Program-made: the position numbers and the translations under genes
Shown: positions 10,812-21,817 of the stretch, one piece after another
Numbering within the stretch: the stretch's first letter is position 1
Layout of the letters: every line of letters begins with the position of its first letter
The notes under the pieces: generated by a model
The model's database searches: none
Told to the model about the DNA's origin: nothing
What the model saw: the letters and a program-made list of their open reading frames with translations, nothing else
NCBI GenBank assembly: GCA_902589315.1
Contig: CACISK010000001.1
Coordinates: 133,504 to 197,503 of the forward strand
Direction of reading: 5' to 3'
Source of the DNA: an uncultured Pelagibacteraceae bacterium
Lineage (GTDB): Bacteria; Pseudomonadota; Alphaproteobacteria; Pelagibacterales; Pelagibacteraceae
Length of the DNA: 64,000 nucleotides

Positions 10812-12245
10812 ATGTCAGAAAAAATGCTTAAGTTTGTTGATATAGGTCAACAAAATCCACCTAAAAGAGATATATCAGACCGAAAAGAGGATTTTGATGA
10901 AATATATCAAGAATTTCTAAAAGATAGAGCTGTTCAGCAGTCAAGCAGATGTTCGCAATGTGGAGTACCATTTTGCCAAGTTCATTGTCCATTAAGTAAC
11001 AATATACCAGATTGGCTTAAATTAACTGCTGAGGGAAGATATGAGGAAGCCTATCAATTATCACAAAGCACAAACAACATGCCAGAAGTTTGTGGAAGAA
11101 TTTGCCCCCAGGATAGGCTGTGTGAAGGAAATTGTGTAATAGAGCAATCGGGTCATGGAACAGTAACTATTGGATCAATAGAAAAATATATAACAGAGAA
11201 AGCTTGGGAAAATGGTTGGGTTAAACCAATAGAAATAAATAGTGAAAAAAACGAGAGTGTAGGAATTATAGGTTCTGGTCCTGCTGGACTTGCTTGTGGA
11301 GAACAACTCAGAAAAAAAGGATACAAGGTAACTATATATGATCGTTACGACAGAGCTGGAGGGCTACTAATATATGGTATCCCAGGATTTAAATTAGAAA
11401 AGCATGTTGTTCAAAGAAGAATAAAACTTTTGGAAGAAAGCGGAATAAAATTTGTCTTAAACTTTGAAGTTGGAAAAGATTCAAGCTTGATACAGTTAAG
11501 AGAAAAACATGATGCAATTTTAATAGCTACAGGAGTTTATAAAGCCAGAGAAGTTAATTTACCTGGTAACGATTTGAGTAATATTTTCCCTGCCATGGAA
11601 TTTTTGACAGCATCAAATAAAAAAGGACTAGGTGATAAAGTTGAGTTGTTTGATAACGGAACTTTAAATGCTGAAGGCAAAGATGTTGTAGTAATTGGAG
11701 GTGGCGATACAGCAATGGACTGCTTAAGGACTTCAGTGAGACAGAATGCTAAATCTGTAAAATGTTTGTATAGAAGAGATAGAGAAAATATGCCAGGATC
11801 AGCAAGAGAAGTTGGCAATGCAGAAGAAGAAGGTGTTGAATTCATTTGGTTAACAAGCCCTAAAGAGTTTAAGGGAACAAATAAAATTGAAAGTGTAGTT
11901 GTTAATAAAATGAAATTGGGTGAGCCAGATGATAGCGGTAGAAGAAAACCAGTTGTTCAAGAAAATTCAGATTTTGAAATTAAAGCTGATCTTGTAATCA
12001 AAGCACTTGGATTTGATCCAGAAGATCTTCCAAAATTATTTAATGAAGAAAAATTACAAGTATCAAGATGGGGAACAATAAAAGCGGATTTTGATACAAT
12101 GGAGACTAGTATAGAGGGAGTTTTTGCAGCCGGAGATATAGTTCGTGGAGCATCTTTAGTGGTTTGGGGTATCAAAGATGGAAGAGATGCCGCAACATCA
12201 ATTGATAATTATTTACAAAGTAAACAAAAACTTAGAGTTGCTTAA
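10812..12245 (+). CDS. gltD: Glutamate synthase small subunit
   Basis: RCSQCGVPFC and GRICPQDRLCEG Fe-S motifs, GSGPAG, GGGDTAMDC. Confidence 0.95.
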   Translation: MSEKMLKFVDIGQQNPPKRDISDRKEDFDEIYQEFLKDRAVQQSSRCSQCGVPFCQVHCPLSNNIPDWLKLTAEGRYEEAYQLSQSTNNMPEVCGRICPQDRLCEGNCVIEQSGHGTVTIGSIEKYITEKAWENGWVKPIEINSEKNESVGIIGSGPAGLACGEQLRKKGYKVTIYDRYDRAGGLLIYGIPGFKLEKHVVQRRIKLLEESGIKFVLNFEVGKDSSLIQLREKHDAILIATGVYKAREVNLPGNDLSNIFPAMEFLTASNKKGLGDKVELFDNGTLNAEGKDVVVIGGGDTAMDCLRTSVRQNAKSVKCLYRRDRENMPGSAREVGNAEEEGVEFIWLTSPKEFKGTNKIESVVVNKMKLGEPDDSGRRKPVVQENSDFEIKADLVIKALGFDPEDLPKLFNEEKLQVSRWGTIKADFDTMETSIEGVFAAGDIVRGASLVVWGIKDGRDAATSIDNYLQSKQKLRVA

Positions 12246-15200
12246 TGAAGTTAAGAAATAAAAATTTAAAAATTTTAAAAAGTAATCATGTTTACTCAGA
12301 AGAAATGGAACATGATGCATGTGGTGTAGGTTTAGTAGCATCCACTGAAGGTCTAAAATCAAGAAAAGTCGTAGAATATGGAATCGATGCCTTAAAAGCT
12401 GTTTGGCATAGGGGTGCAATTGATGCAGACGGAAAAACTGGAGATGGTGCTGGAATCCATATTGAAATTCCTAAAGATTTCTTTGAGGAAAAAATTGAAG
12501 TCACTGGTCATAAACATAATAATTCTGAACTATGTGTGGGTATGATTTTCTTACCAAGAAATGATTATAGCGCTCAAGAGCAATGTAGAACTATTGTTGA
12601 AAGTGAACTAACAAAGAGAAATTTTAGTATCTATGGCTGGAGACAAGTACCTGTTGATCCCTCTGTCTTAGGAGAAAAAGCTGAACAAACAAGACCTGAA
12701 ATCACTCAAGTATTGTTCACATACAATGACAAAAAAGTTGTCAATAAATCCCTGGAACAAAAATTGTATGAAACTAGAAGAGTAATTGAAAAAGAAGCTC
12801 TCAATAATCAATTAAATAATTTTTATATATGTTCATTTAGTTCTAAATCTATCATTTATAAAGGAATGTTTTTAGCAGAAGCTTTGTCAGATTTTTATAC
12901 TGACTTAAAAGATAAAAGATTTATATCTAGGTATGCAATATTTCACCAAAGATTTTCAACCAATACTGCGCCTAGTTGGGACTTAGCTCAACCGTTTAGA
13001 TCTATAGCGCATAATGGTGAAATAAATACCCTTAAAGGAAATGTTAATTGGATGAAGGTTCACGAAGAAGAGATGTTTAGTCCAGTTTTCGAAGATATAG
13101 AGAATCTTAAGCCTGTAATACCAGCTGGAAATTCTGACTCTGCATCATTAGATAATGTTTTTGAGTTATTAAATATTTCTGGACAGCCTGCTCCTCTAGC
13201 AAAATTAATGTTAATACCAGACGCTTGGTCAAAAAAAAATAAGGTATTAAAAAAAGATCATCAACAACTATTCAATTTTTTAAATAGTACCATGGAGCCT
13301 TGGGATGGGCCAGCTGCTTTAGCTGCAACAGATAATGAATGGGTAATTGTTGCAACTGACAGAAATGGATTAAGACCACTTAGATATACGGTGACAAGAG
13401 ACAAACTTCTTTTTGCAGGAAGTGAAACAGGAATGATAGATTTAAATGAGAAAAAAATTGTATCTAAAGGAAGATTAGGACCTGGAGAAATATTAGGAGT
13501 AAGAATAGAAAAAGGCAAAGTATATTCAAACGATGAAATAAAAAACTACCTTTCAAAAGAATATAAACATTACAACAATCAGATTATTGATCTTGATAAA
13601 AAATTAGAAGCAGAAACTGAAAAAGTAGAGCTAGAAGGTCAAAGTTTGAGGAATTTTCAACATTGTTTTGGGTATAGCATAGAAGATTTAGAATTAATTC
13701 TTCATCCAATGGCAGAAGATGCTAAAGAAGCAACAGGCTCAATGGGTGATGACACGCCTTTAGCAGTTTTATCTGACAAATATAGACCACTATATCATTA
13801 CTTTAGACAAAACTTTAGTCAGGTTACAAATCCACCAATTGACTCTCTAAGAGAAAATAAAGTTATGAGTTTAAAGACAAGATTTGGAAATCTTGGTAAT
13901 ATTTTAGATTTTAGTAAATTAACTAAAGACAATATTTATGTCTTAAATAGTCCGATATTATCAAATGCACAATTTGAAAAATTTTTGAATTTCTTTGGAA
14001 ATAATAATAAAGTTTTAGATTGTACATTCAGCAAAGATGATGATTTAGAGACATCAATAAATTTACTCAAAGTTAAATCTGAACAAGCTGTTAGAGAGGG
14101 AATTAAACAAATAATATTATCAGATAAAAATATTTCAGAAAATAGAATGCCAATGCCGATGCTTCTATGTATAGGGGCAATAAATACACATTTAGTTAAA
14201 TTAGGTTTAAGAGGTTATGTTTCTATTAATGTTCAAACTGGAGATGCTTTAGATACTCACTCTTTTGCAACATTAATTGGTGTTGGTGCTACTACAGTGA
14301 ATCCTTATTTAGCTTTTGATAGCTTACATCAAAGACATTCTAAGAAATTATTTGGAAATTTCACTTTTGACGAATGTGTTTTAAGATATATTAAATCAGT
14401 CAATCTCGGTCTTCTTAAAATAATGTCTAAAATGGGAATTTCTGTTTTAAGTTCTTATAGAGGTGGATGTAATTTTGAAACTGTGGGACTAAGCAGAACA
14501 ATTGTGAAAGATTACTTTCCTGGGATGTTATCAAAGATTTCTGGAATTGGTTTAAAAGGAATAGAAAAGAAAATCAGAACTATACACAAAGAAGCATTTT
14601 TCAATAATTCAAATATTTTACCTATTGGAGGTATTTACAGATATAGAAAAAATGGTGAAACACATCAGTATCAAGGCAAACTAATTCATTTACTACAAAC
14701 TGCGGTTGGACAAGGATCTTATGAAATATATAAAAAATACACAAAAGGTATTTATAATCTAAATCCAATAAGTTTAAGAGATTTAGTAGATTTTAAATCT
14801 AAAAATCCCATCGATATATCTAATGTTGAGCCTGCATCTAATATATTAAAAAGATTTGGAAGTGGAAGTATGTCTCATGGAGCTTTATCTAAAGAAGCAC
14901 ATGAAACTCTTGCTGTTGGTATGAACAGAATTAAAGGCGCATCTTGTAGTGGTGAGGGTGGAGAAGATGAAAAAAGATTTAAGATTATGGAGAATGGAGA
15001 TAGTGCAAATTCAAGGGTTAAACAAATTGCATCAGCTAGATTTGGAGTAACCATTAATTACTTAAATAATTGTAATGAGATTGAAATCAAAATTGCACAG
15101 GGCGCTAAACCAGGTGAAGGTGGACAATTACCAGGTTTTAAAGTTACGGATGAAATTGCGAGATTGAGACACTCAACCCCAGGAGTTACTTTAATATCAC

Positions 15201-16741
15201 CTCCACCACATCATGATATTTATTCAATAGAAGATCTAGCTCAATTAATTTATGATTTAAAACAAATAAATCCTAAGGCTAGGGTTGGAGTTAAATTAGT
15301 TGCTTCATCAGGAATTGGAACGATAGCTGCTGGAGTTGCAAAAGCTAAAGCAGACATAATTTTAATCTCAGGGCACTCAGGAGGGACAGGAGCCACTCCA
15401 CAGACAAGCGTTAAATATGTTGGAGTTCCTTGGGAGATGGGGTTAACAGAAGCAAATCAGGTATTGACTTTAAATAACTTAAGACATCAAGTGACGCTTA
15501 GAACTGACGGTGGAATAAAAACAGGAAGAGATGTTGTAATTGCAGCGATGATGGGAGCAGAAGAATTTGGCGTAGCAACAACTGCTTTAGTCGCAATGGG
15601 ATGTATAATGGTCAGACAATGTCATTCAAATACATGTCCAGTGGGTGTTTGCACACAAGATGATAAATTAAGAGAGAAATTTACAGGAACTCCTGAAAAA
15701 GTAGTAAACCTTTTTACATTTATAGCAGAGGAAGTAAGAGAAATACTTGCTGATCTTGGTTTCAAATCTTTAAATGAAGTAATTGGAAGAACTGACTTAC
15801 TAAGGCAAGTAAGCAAAGGATCACCAAACTTGGATGATCTAGACTTAAATCCTCTTTTTGTTCAGGCAGATCCTGGAAAAAATAAAAGATATTGTGAGAA
15901 ACCTGAAATTAATTCTGTTCCAGATACTTTAGATCAAAAATTATGGCCAGAAATAGAAGACAAAATAGATAAAAAAGAAAAAATAAATCAAGAATTTGAA
16001 ATTCAAAATACTGATAGAGCAGTTGGTACTAGAATTTCTTATCATTTGTACAAAAAATTTGGAAATAACAATCTTGATGAAAATTCGATCGAATTGAATT
16101 TCAAAGGTTCAGCAGGTCAATCCTTTGGTGCTTTTGCTATTAAAGGATTAAAACTAATTTTAAAAGGGGATGCAAATGATTATGTTGCAAAAGGATTATC
16201 AGGTGGAACTATTGTGATTAAATTACAAGATGAAAGTAACCTTGTTTCAAATGAAAATACTATTATTGGAAACACTGTTTTGTATGGAGCTACTTCAGGA
16301 AAATTATTAGCTGCAGGACAAGCAGGAGAGAGATTTGCTGTTAGAAATTCAGGCGCAACTGCAGTAGTAGAAGGTTGCGATTCAAATGGTTGTGAATACA
16401 TGACAGGTGGAAACATTATTATATTAGGAGATATTGGCGATAATTTTGGAGCTGGCATGACAGGAGGCATGGCATTTATTTATGACCCTGAAAATCAATT
16501 TGATAAAAAAGTAAATCCTGAAAGTGTAGTTTGGCAAACTCCAGAAACTAAATTTTGGATTGAGCATCTAAGGAAGTTAATTCAAGAGCATGCGATAGAA
16601 ACAAATTCAACAATTTCGAAAAAAATTGTTGAGAATTTTGAAAATGAAATAAATAATTTCATCCAAGTTTGTCCAAAAGAAATGTTAGATAAGTTAGAAA
16701 ATCCTATATCAAATAAAAAATTAGTCGGTCAAGCTAGTTAG
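12245..16741 (+). CDS. gltB: Glutamate synthase large subunit
   Basis: EHDACGVG amidotransferase start, AQGAKPGEGGQLPG, GCIMVRQCHSNTCPVG. Confidence 0.97.
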   Translation: MKLRNKNLKILKSNHVYSEEMEHDACGVGLVASTEGLKSRKVVEYGIDALKAVWHRGAIDADGKTGDGAGIHIEIPKDFFEEKIEVTGHKHNNSELCVGMIFLPRNDYSAQEQCRTIVESELTKRNFSIYGWRQVPVDPSVLGEKAEQTRPEITQVLFTYNDKKVVNKSLEQKLYETRRVIEKEALNNQLNNFYICSFSSKSIIYKGMFLAEALSDFYTDLKDKRFISRYAIFHQRFSTNTAPSWDLAQPFRSIAHNGEINTLKGNVNWMKVHEEEMFSPVFEDIENLKPVIPAGNSDSASLDNVFELLNISGQPAPLAKLMLIPDAWSKKNKVLKKDHQQLFNFLNSTMEPWDGPAALAATDNEWVIVATDRNGLRPLRYTVTRDKLLFAGSETGMIDLNEKKIVSKGRLGPGEILGVRIEKGKVYSNDEIKNYLSKEYKHYNNQIIDLDKKLEAETEKVELEGQSLRNFQHCFGYSIEDLELILHPMAEDAKEATGSMGDDTPLAVLSDKYRPLYHYFRQNFSQVTNPPIDSLRENKVMSLKTRFGNLGNILDFSKLTKDNIYVLNSPILSNAQFEKFLNFFGNNNKVLDCTFSKDDDLETSINLLKVKSEQAVREGIKQIILSDKNISENRMPMPMLLCIGAINTHLVKLGLRGYVSINVQTGDALDTHSFATLIGVGATTVNPYLAFDSLHQRHSKKLFGNFTFDECVLRYIKSVNLGLLKIMSKMGISVLSSYRGGCNFETVGLSRTIVKDYFPGMLSKISGIGLKGIEKKIRTIHKEAFFNNSNILPIGGIYRYRKNGETHQYQGKLIHLLQTAVGQGSYEIYKKYTKGIYNLNPISLRDLVDFKSKNPIDISNVEPASNILKRFGSGSMSHGALSKEAHETLAVGMNRIKGASCSGEGGEDEKRFKIMENGDSANSRVKQIASARFGVTINYLNNCNEIEIKIAQGAKPGEGGQLPGFKVTDEIARLRHSTPGVTLISPPPHHDIYSIEDLAQLIYDLKQINPKARVGVKLVASSGIGTIAAGVAKAKADIILISGHSGGTGATPQTSVKYVGVPWEMGLTEANQVLTLNNLRHQVTLRTDGGIKTGRDVVIAAMMGAEEFGVATTALVAMGCIMVRQCHSNTCPVGVCTQDDKLREKFTGTPEKVVNLFTFIAEEVREILADLGFKSLNEVIGRTDLLRQVSKGSPNLDDLDLNPLFVQADPGKNKRYCEKPEINSVPDTLDQKLWPEIEDKIDKKEKINQEFEIQNTDRAVGTRISYHLYKKFGNNNLDENSIELNFKGSAGQSFGAFAIKGLKLILKGDANDYVAKGLSGGTIVIKLQDESNLVSNENTIIGNTVLYGATSGKLLAAGQAGERFAVRNSGATAVVEGCDSNGCEYMTGGNIIILGDIGDNFGAGMTGGMAFIYDPENQFDKKVNPESVVWQTPETKFWIEHLRKLIQEHAIETNSTISKKIVENFENEINNFIQVCPKEMLDKLENPISNKKLVGQAS

Positions 16742-17495
16742 TATTTTTAATAATATTATCCAACTCTTTACAAATAATATTTAGATTTTTTTTTGACGAG
16801 AGACTATGGTCACCCTTCTTGATTATATTTAATTTTTTTTTTGCTTTGCTGAAAATTTTTAAAACTTCTCTTGAGTATTTAATTGGTACAACTTCATCTT
16901 TTTGACCATGTACCATAGTAACAGGTAATTTCATTGGAATTTTAACATTCAAAACTTTATTTTGTTTTTTTCTTCCATCTTTAATTAATTGATTAGTTAT
17001 GAGATACTCATACCCACCGTTTTTAATTTTGCTAATACCTTTTTTGATAATTTCACTCTTTGTCTTTTTTGAAAATTTTTTCCACATTATTCTTGTTAAA
17101 AATTCTGGAGCAGAGCCAATTCCCATAAAGCCTTTAATCTGTTTCTTAATTGATTTAAATAATAATAAAGAAATCCAAGCACCCATACTAGAACCTATTA
17201 AAATTATATCATTTTTTTTAACTATATTTTTAATAGTCTGTTTTGCATCATTTGCCCAAGTGGAAATATTCCCTTTTGTAAATTCACCTGAAGATTTTCC
17301 ATATCCAGAATATTCTAGTGCCAAAAAACCCAATTTATTTTTTTTAGCATAGTTTAAAAATCTTTTAGGTTTATCTCCTTCTATATCGGATGCAAAACCT
17401 GGTAAAAATATAATATAAAGATTTTTTTTATAATAATTGCTTATATATCTTAGTTTTTTTGTTTTAGAAATTTTTAGAAATTTAAATTTTTTCAT
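16734..17495 (-). CDS. Alpha/beta hydrolase
   Basis: GSSMG nucleophile elbow, HGQKDEVV, GDHSLS. Confidence 0.85.
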   Translation of the reverse strand: MKKFKFLKISKTKKLRYISNYYKKNLYIIFLPGFASDIEGDKPKRFLNYAKKNKLGFLALEYSGYGKSSGEFTKGNISTWANDAKQTIKNIVKKNDIILIGSSMGAWISLLLFKSIKKQIKGFMGIGSAPEFLTRIMWKKFSKKTKSEIIKKGISKIKNGGYEYLITNQLIKDGRKKQNKVLNVKIPMKLPVTMVHGQKDEVVPIKYSREVLKIFSKAKKKLNIIKKGDHSLSSKKNLNIICKELDNIIKNTN

Positions 17496-17537
17496 ATAAA
17501 GTATTTAAATTGATTTGAAATATTATAACTCTACCAT

Positions 17538-18692
17538 ATGCATCCAAAATTGAAAGTTCTGCAAGTTATACCAAAACTTGGATACGGTGGCGCAGAAACA
17601 GGTTGTTATGATATCGCACACTATCTATATGAAAATGATTGTAAATCTTTTTTAATTTGCAACGGTGGTGAATTAACAAAGTTTATAGATAAAAAAAAAG
17701 TTAAATATATAAGGTTACCTGTTAATTCCAAAAATCCTATTTTGGTTTTTTTTAATTCAATAATTATTTCTTTAATAATTTTATTTTATGGAATTAATAT
17801 TGTCCACGCGAGAAGCAGAGCACCTGCATGGTCTTGTTTGCTAGCTACTAAAATCACACGACGTAAATTTGTAACCACATTTCATGGAACATATAATTTT
17901 AAAAATAAATTAAAAAAATTATATAATTCTGTAATGTTGAGATCAGATTTAATTATTGCTGGGTCTAATTTTATATTTTCACATATTAAAGAAAACTACT
18001 CTGAATATCTTAATGATAAAAAAAAATTCTTGGTGATATTTAGAGGCATTAATACTGACTATTTTGATCCATCAACTACTATAGAAACAGAGGAAGATGA
18101 GTTATTTAAATCATGGGGACTTAAAATTGAGAGAAAAACTGTTCTATTGCCTGGAAGATTAACAGAATGGAAAGGCCAAGAAATGTTTTTAGATGCTATT
18201 AATAAAGTAAATATTAATTTAGGACACGAGGTATTTAATGTAATTATTCTTGGGAGCGATCAAGGAAGAGAACTTTATAAAAAGAAACTTATTAGGTTAG
18301 TTGAACAGTACAGATTAACTAACCAAGTAAAATTTATAGATCATTGTAAAAATATGCCTCTAGCTTACAAAGTTTCAGACATCATAGTTTCTTCTTCTAT
18401 AGAACCAGAAGCTTTTGGAAGAATATCTGTTGAGGCTCAGTCAATGAAAAAACCAATTGTTGCAAGTAATATTGGGGGATCAAAAGAGACTATAAATGAA
18501 AATAAAACAGGATTTTTGTTTGAAGCAAATAACTCTGACGATCTTTCAAAAAAATTAATAGAAATTATGAATTTAGATGAACAGACTATCAATCAAATCG
18601 GCATAGAAGGTAGAAAAAATGTCGTTTCAAAATTTAATGTTGAAAAAATGTGTTTTTCTACTTATTCAGAGTATAAAAAATTAATAAACTAA
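17538..18692 (+). CDS. Glycosyltransferase family 4
   Basis: GGAE, HARSRAP, EAFGRISVEA (EX7E-type) motifs. Confidence 0.88.
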   Translation: MHPKLKVLQVIPKLGYGGAETGCYDIAHYLYENDCKSFLICNGGELTKFIDKKKVKYIRLPVNSKNPILVFFNSIIISLIILFYGINIVHARSRAPAWSCLLATKITRRKFVTTFHGTYNFKNKLKKLYNSVMLRSDLIIAGSNFIFSHIKENYSEYLNDKKKFLVIFRGINTDYFDPSTTIETEEDELFKSWGLKIERKTVLLPGRLTEWKGQEMFLDAINKVNINLGHEVFNVIILGSDQGRELYKKKLIRLVEQYRLTNQVKFIDHCKNMPLAYKVSDIIVSSSIEPEAFGRISVEAQSMKKPIVASNIGGSKETINENKTGFLFEANNSDDLSKKLIEIMNLDEQTINQIGIEGRKNVVSKFNVEKMCFSTYSEYKKLIN

Positions 18693-20611
18693 TGCCAAAT
18701 ATTACATTACCTGATGGAAAAAAATTAAACTTTGAAAAAAGTATAACAGGTACAGAGGTTGCTGAAAAAATTAGCAAGTCTTTAGGTAAGCAAGCTTTGG
18801 TGATGAGCATAAACGGTGAGCTTAAAGATTTATACACTGTTATTGATCAAGATTGTTCTATTGAAATATTTACAGCTAAAGATCCGGAGGGTTTAGAAGT
18901 TATAAGACATGACACTGCGCATATAATGGCTATGGCCGTTCAAGAACTATACCCAGGTACACAGGTAACAATTGGGCCAGTTATAGAAAATGGATTTTAC
19001 TATGATTTTGCAAGAAAAGAGTCTTTTACTAGCGATGATTTAAAGAAGATTGAAAAAAAAATGTCAGAGATAATAGATAAAGATGTAAAAACAAGAAAAG
19101 AAGTTTGGGAGAGAGATAAAGCAATAAGTCATTTTAAAAAAATTGGAGAAAAATACAAAGCTGAGATAATTGAGAGCATCCCTAAAAACGAAGAACTTAC
19201 GGTTTATCATCATGGCGAAACATGGCATGATTTATGTAGAGGTCCGCATTTAGTATCTTCTGGTAAAATAGGTAAGGCTTTTAAACTGACAAAAGTATCT
19301 GGAGCTTATTGGCGTGGTGATTCTAATAATGAAATGCTTCAAAGAATATATGGTACTGGTTGGGCAACTCAAAAAGAATTAGACCTTTATCTTCAGAGAA
19401 TTGAGGAAGCAGAAAAAAGAGATCATAGAAAAATTGGAAAGGAGATGGATTTATTTCACTTTAGAGAAGAAAGTCCTGGATCTGTGTTTTGGCACCAGAA
19501 AGGATGGAATTTGTTCCAAAAATTAGTTTCATATATGAGAATGAAACAAGATCACGATGGTTACAAAGAGATAAATACGCCAGAAATACTTGATAGATCT
19601 TTGTGGGAAAAATCTGGCCACTGGGAAAAATTTGGAGCTAATATGTATACTTCAACTACACCAGATGAAAAAGTATTTGCAATTAAACCCATGAATTGCC
19701 CTGGGTGTGTTCAAGTATTTAATCAAGGGCTTAAAAGTTATAGAGACTTACCTTTAAAGATGTCAGAATTTGGAAAAGTTCATAGATATGAACCTTCAGG
19801 TGCTTTGCATGGATTATTACGTGTAAGAGCCTTTACTCAAGATGATGCACATATTTTTTGTACAGAAGAACAAATTACCGAAGAATGTTTGAGTGTTACA
19901 AATTTAATTTTAGAAATTTATAAAGATCTTGGTTTTGAAGATGTTATTTTAAAATATTCAGATAGACCAGATTTAAGAGTTGGTGATGATAAAGTTTGGG
20001 ATAAATCAGAGGCTGCGTTGTTAGAGGCAATCAAAGCGACAAAGCTAGAGTATTCAATTAATAAAGGTGAGGGGGCATTTTATGGACCAAAAATTGAATT
20101 TGTTTTGAGAGATGCAATAGGTAGAGATTGGCAGTGTGGAACCTTGCAAGTAGATTTAAATTTACCAGGTAGATTAGGAGCTTCTTTTGTCGATAAAGAT
20201 GGAACTAAAAAAGTACCTGTAATGTTACACAGAGCATTATTTGGATCTTTAGAAAGGTTCATAGGTATCCTTATAGAGAATTATGCAGGCAAGCTACCAT
20301 TTTGGATATCACCTTTACAGGCAGTAGTTATTCCAATCTCTAGTGATTTTGATGAATATGCTAAAAGTGTAGCTAAGGAATTAAAACGCGTTGGTTTGAT
20401 TGTCGAGGTGGATCTTAAAAATCACAATTTAAATTATAAAATAAGAGATCATTCTTTAACAAAAGTACCAATGTTATTGATTTGTGGAAAAAAAGAAGTT
20501 GACTCCAACAGTGTAACTATTAGAAGATTGGATTCTAATAAACAAGAAAATATGGCTTTGAAAGAATTTATAAAAAAATACTCCGATCTAAATAAAGCCC
20601 CTTCAATCTAA
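18692..20611 (+). CDS. thrS: Threonine-tRNA ligase
   Basis: TGS domain, RHDTAH, DLCRGPH, KPMNCP, HRALFGSLERF. Confidence 0.97.
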   Translation: MPNITLPDGKKLNFEKSITGTEVAEKISKSLGKQALVMSINGELKDLYTVIDQDCSIEIFTAKDPEGLEVIRHDTAHIMAMAVQELYPGTQVTIGPVIENGFYYDFARKESFTSDDLKKIEKKMSEIIDKDVKTRKEVWERDKAISHFKKIGEKYKAEIIESIPKNEELTVYHHGETWHDLCRGPHLVSSGKIGKAFKLTKVSGAYWRGDSNNEMLQRIYGTGWATQKELDLYLQRIEEAEKRDHRKIGKEMDLFHFREESPGSVFWHQKGWNLFQKLVSYMRMKQDHDGYKEINTPEILDRSLWEKSGHWEKFGANMYTSTTPDEKVFAIKPMNCPGCVQVFNQGLKSYRDLPLKMSEFGKVHRYEPSGALHGLLRVRAFTQDDAHIFCTEEQITEECLSVTNLILEIYKDLGFEDVILKYSDRPDLRVGDDKVWDKSEAALLEAIKATKLEYSINKGEGAFYGPKIEFVLRDAIGRDWQCGTLQVDLNLPGRLGASFVDKDGTKKVPVMLHRALFGSLERFIGILIENYAGKLPFWISPLQAVVIPISSDFDEYAKSVAKELKRVGLIVEVDLKNHNLNYKIRDHSLTKVPMLLICGKKEVDSNSVTIRRLDSNKQENMALKEFIKKYSDLNKAPSI

Positions 20612-21157
20612 GTGGCAGATTTTAAACAAAATTATTTTCAAAAAAGAACTAAAGCAAGAGGCCCAAGGTCTAACAACAGGATTACATCAAATGAAGTTCA
20701 AGTTATTGCAAGTGATGGAGAAAATTTAGGAATTTTAAATTTAAATGAAGCTATCAATAAAGCAAAAAATGAAGGTTTAGATTTAATTGAAATTGCTCCG
20801 AATGCAAAACCCCCTGTCTGTAAAATTATGGACATGGGTAAATATAAATACGATGCACAAAAAAAAGCTAACAAAGCAAAAAAAAAACAAAAGAAAATTG
20901 AATTAAAAGAAATAAAATTAAGGCCAGTTACAGAAGTTCATGACTACACTTTCAAAATTAAAAATGCTCAGAAATTTTTGGCAAAAGGTGATAAAGTCAA
21001 ATTTACTATAAGGTTCAAAGGGAGAGAGTTACAACATTCAAATCTTGGCAATGAATTAATGGATAAAATTAAGGCAGATATGGAGACTATTGGGAAAGTA
21101 GAGCTTCAGCCAAAATTTGATGGAAAGCAAATGATTATGGTAATCCAGCCTTTATAA
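20612..21157 (+). CDS. infC: Translation initiation factor IF-3
   Basis: PPVCKIMDMGKYKY, KEIKLRP, FKGRE. Lies between thrS and rpmI. GTG start. Confidence 0.95.
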   Translation: MADFKQNYFQKRTKARGPRSNNRITSNEVQVIASDGENLGILNLNEAINKAKNEGLDLIEIAPNAKPPVCKIMDMGKYKYDAQKKANKAKKKQKKIELKEIKLRPVTEVHDYTFKIKNAQKFLAKGDKVKFTIRFKGRELQHSNLGNELMDKIKADMETIGKVELQPKFDGKQMIMVIQPL

Positions 21158-21170
21158 GCCATATTTCTAG

Positions 21171-21199
21171 TTGTAAATTTAATTTAATATTTGTATAAC
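21171..21199 (+). promoter_or_regulatory. Putative sigma70 promoter for rpmI-rplT
   Basis: TTGTAA-17 nt-TATAAC ending 10 nt before the rpmI ATG. Confidence 0.5.
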
Positions 21200-21209
21200 C
21201 CCGAAAATT

Positions 21210-21416
21210 ATGCCCAAGTTAAAAACAAAAAGTTCAGCTAAAAAAAGATTTAAAATCTCAGCTAAAGGTAAAGTTATTACCCCACAGGCTGGAAAAAGAC
21301 ACGGCATGATTAAAAGAACGAATTCACAAATTAGAAAACAAAGAGGCACAACTGTTTTATCCAAACAAGATGGTAAGATAGTAAAATCTTATATGCCTTA
21401 CAGCTTAAGAGGATAA
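21210..21416 (+). CDS. rpmI: 50S ribosomal protein L35
   Basis: [14 protein letters not shown]. Confidence 0.96.
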   Translation: MPKLKTKSSAKKRFKISAKGKVITPQAGKRHGMIKRTNSQIRKQRGTTVLSKQDGKIVKSYMPYSLRG

Positions 21417-21417
21417 A

Positions 21418-21774
21418 ATGGCAAGAGTTAAAAGAGGAGTTACAAGCAGAGCTAAACACAAAAAAGTTTTAAAAGCTGTTAAAGGTCAGTGGGGAAGAAG
21501 AAAAAATACAATAAGAGTTGCAAGACAAGCAATGGAAAAAGCTATGCAGTATGCTTATAGAGATAGAAGAAATAAAAAAAGGGATTTCAAATCACTGTGG
21601 ATACAAAGAATTAATGCTGGTGTTAGATCTGAGGGTGTAACATATTCAAAGTTTATTAATGGTTTAAGCAAATCAGGAATTAAATTAGATAGAAAAATTC
21701 TTGCAGAAATTGCTTACGATAACCCCGAAGCATTCAAAATTATAGTTAAAAGGGCTCAAGCAGCATTAAATTAA
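21418..21774 (+). CDS. rplT: 50S ribosomal protein L20
   Basis: [23 protein letters not shown]. Confidence 0.97.
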   Translation: MARVKRGVTSRAKHKKVLKAVKGQWGRRKNTIRVARQAMEKAMQYAYRDRRNKKRDFKSLWIQRINAGVRSEGVTYSKFINGLSKSGIKLDRKILAEIAYDNPEAFKIIVKRAQAALN

Positions 21775-21817
21775 TCAAGACTATTGTTTTTCTTCCTTTA
21801 ACAAATATTCTATTAAA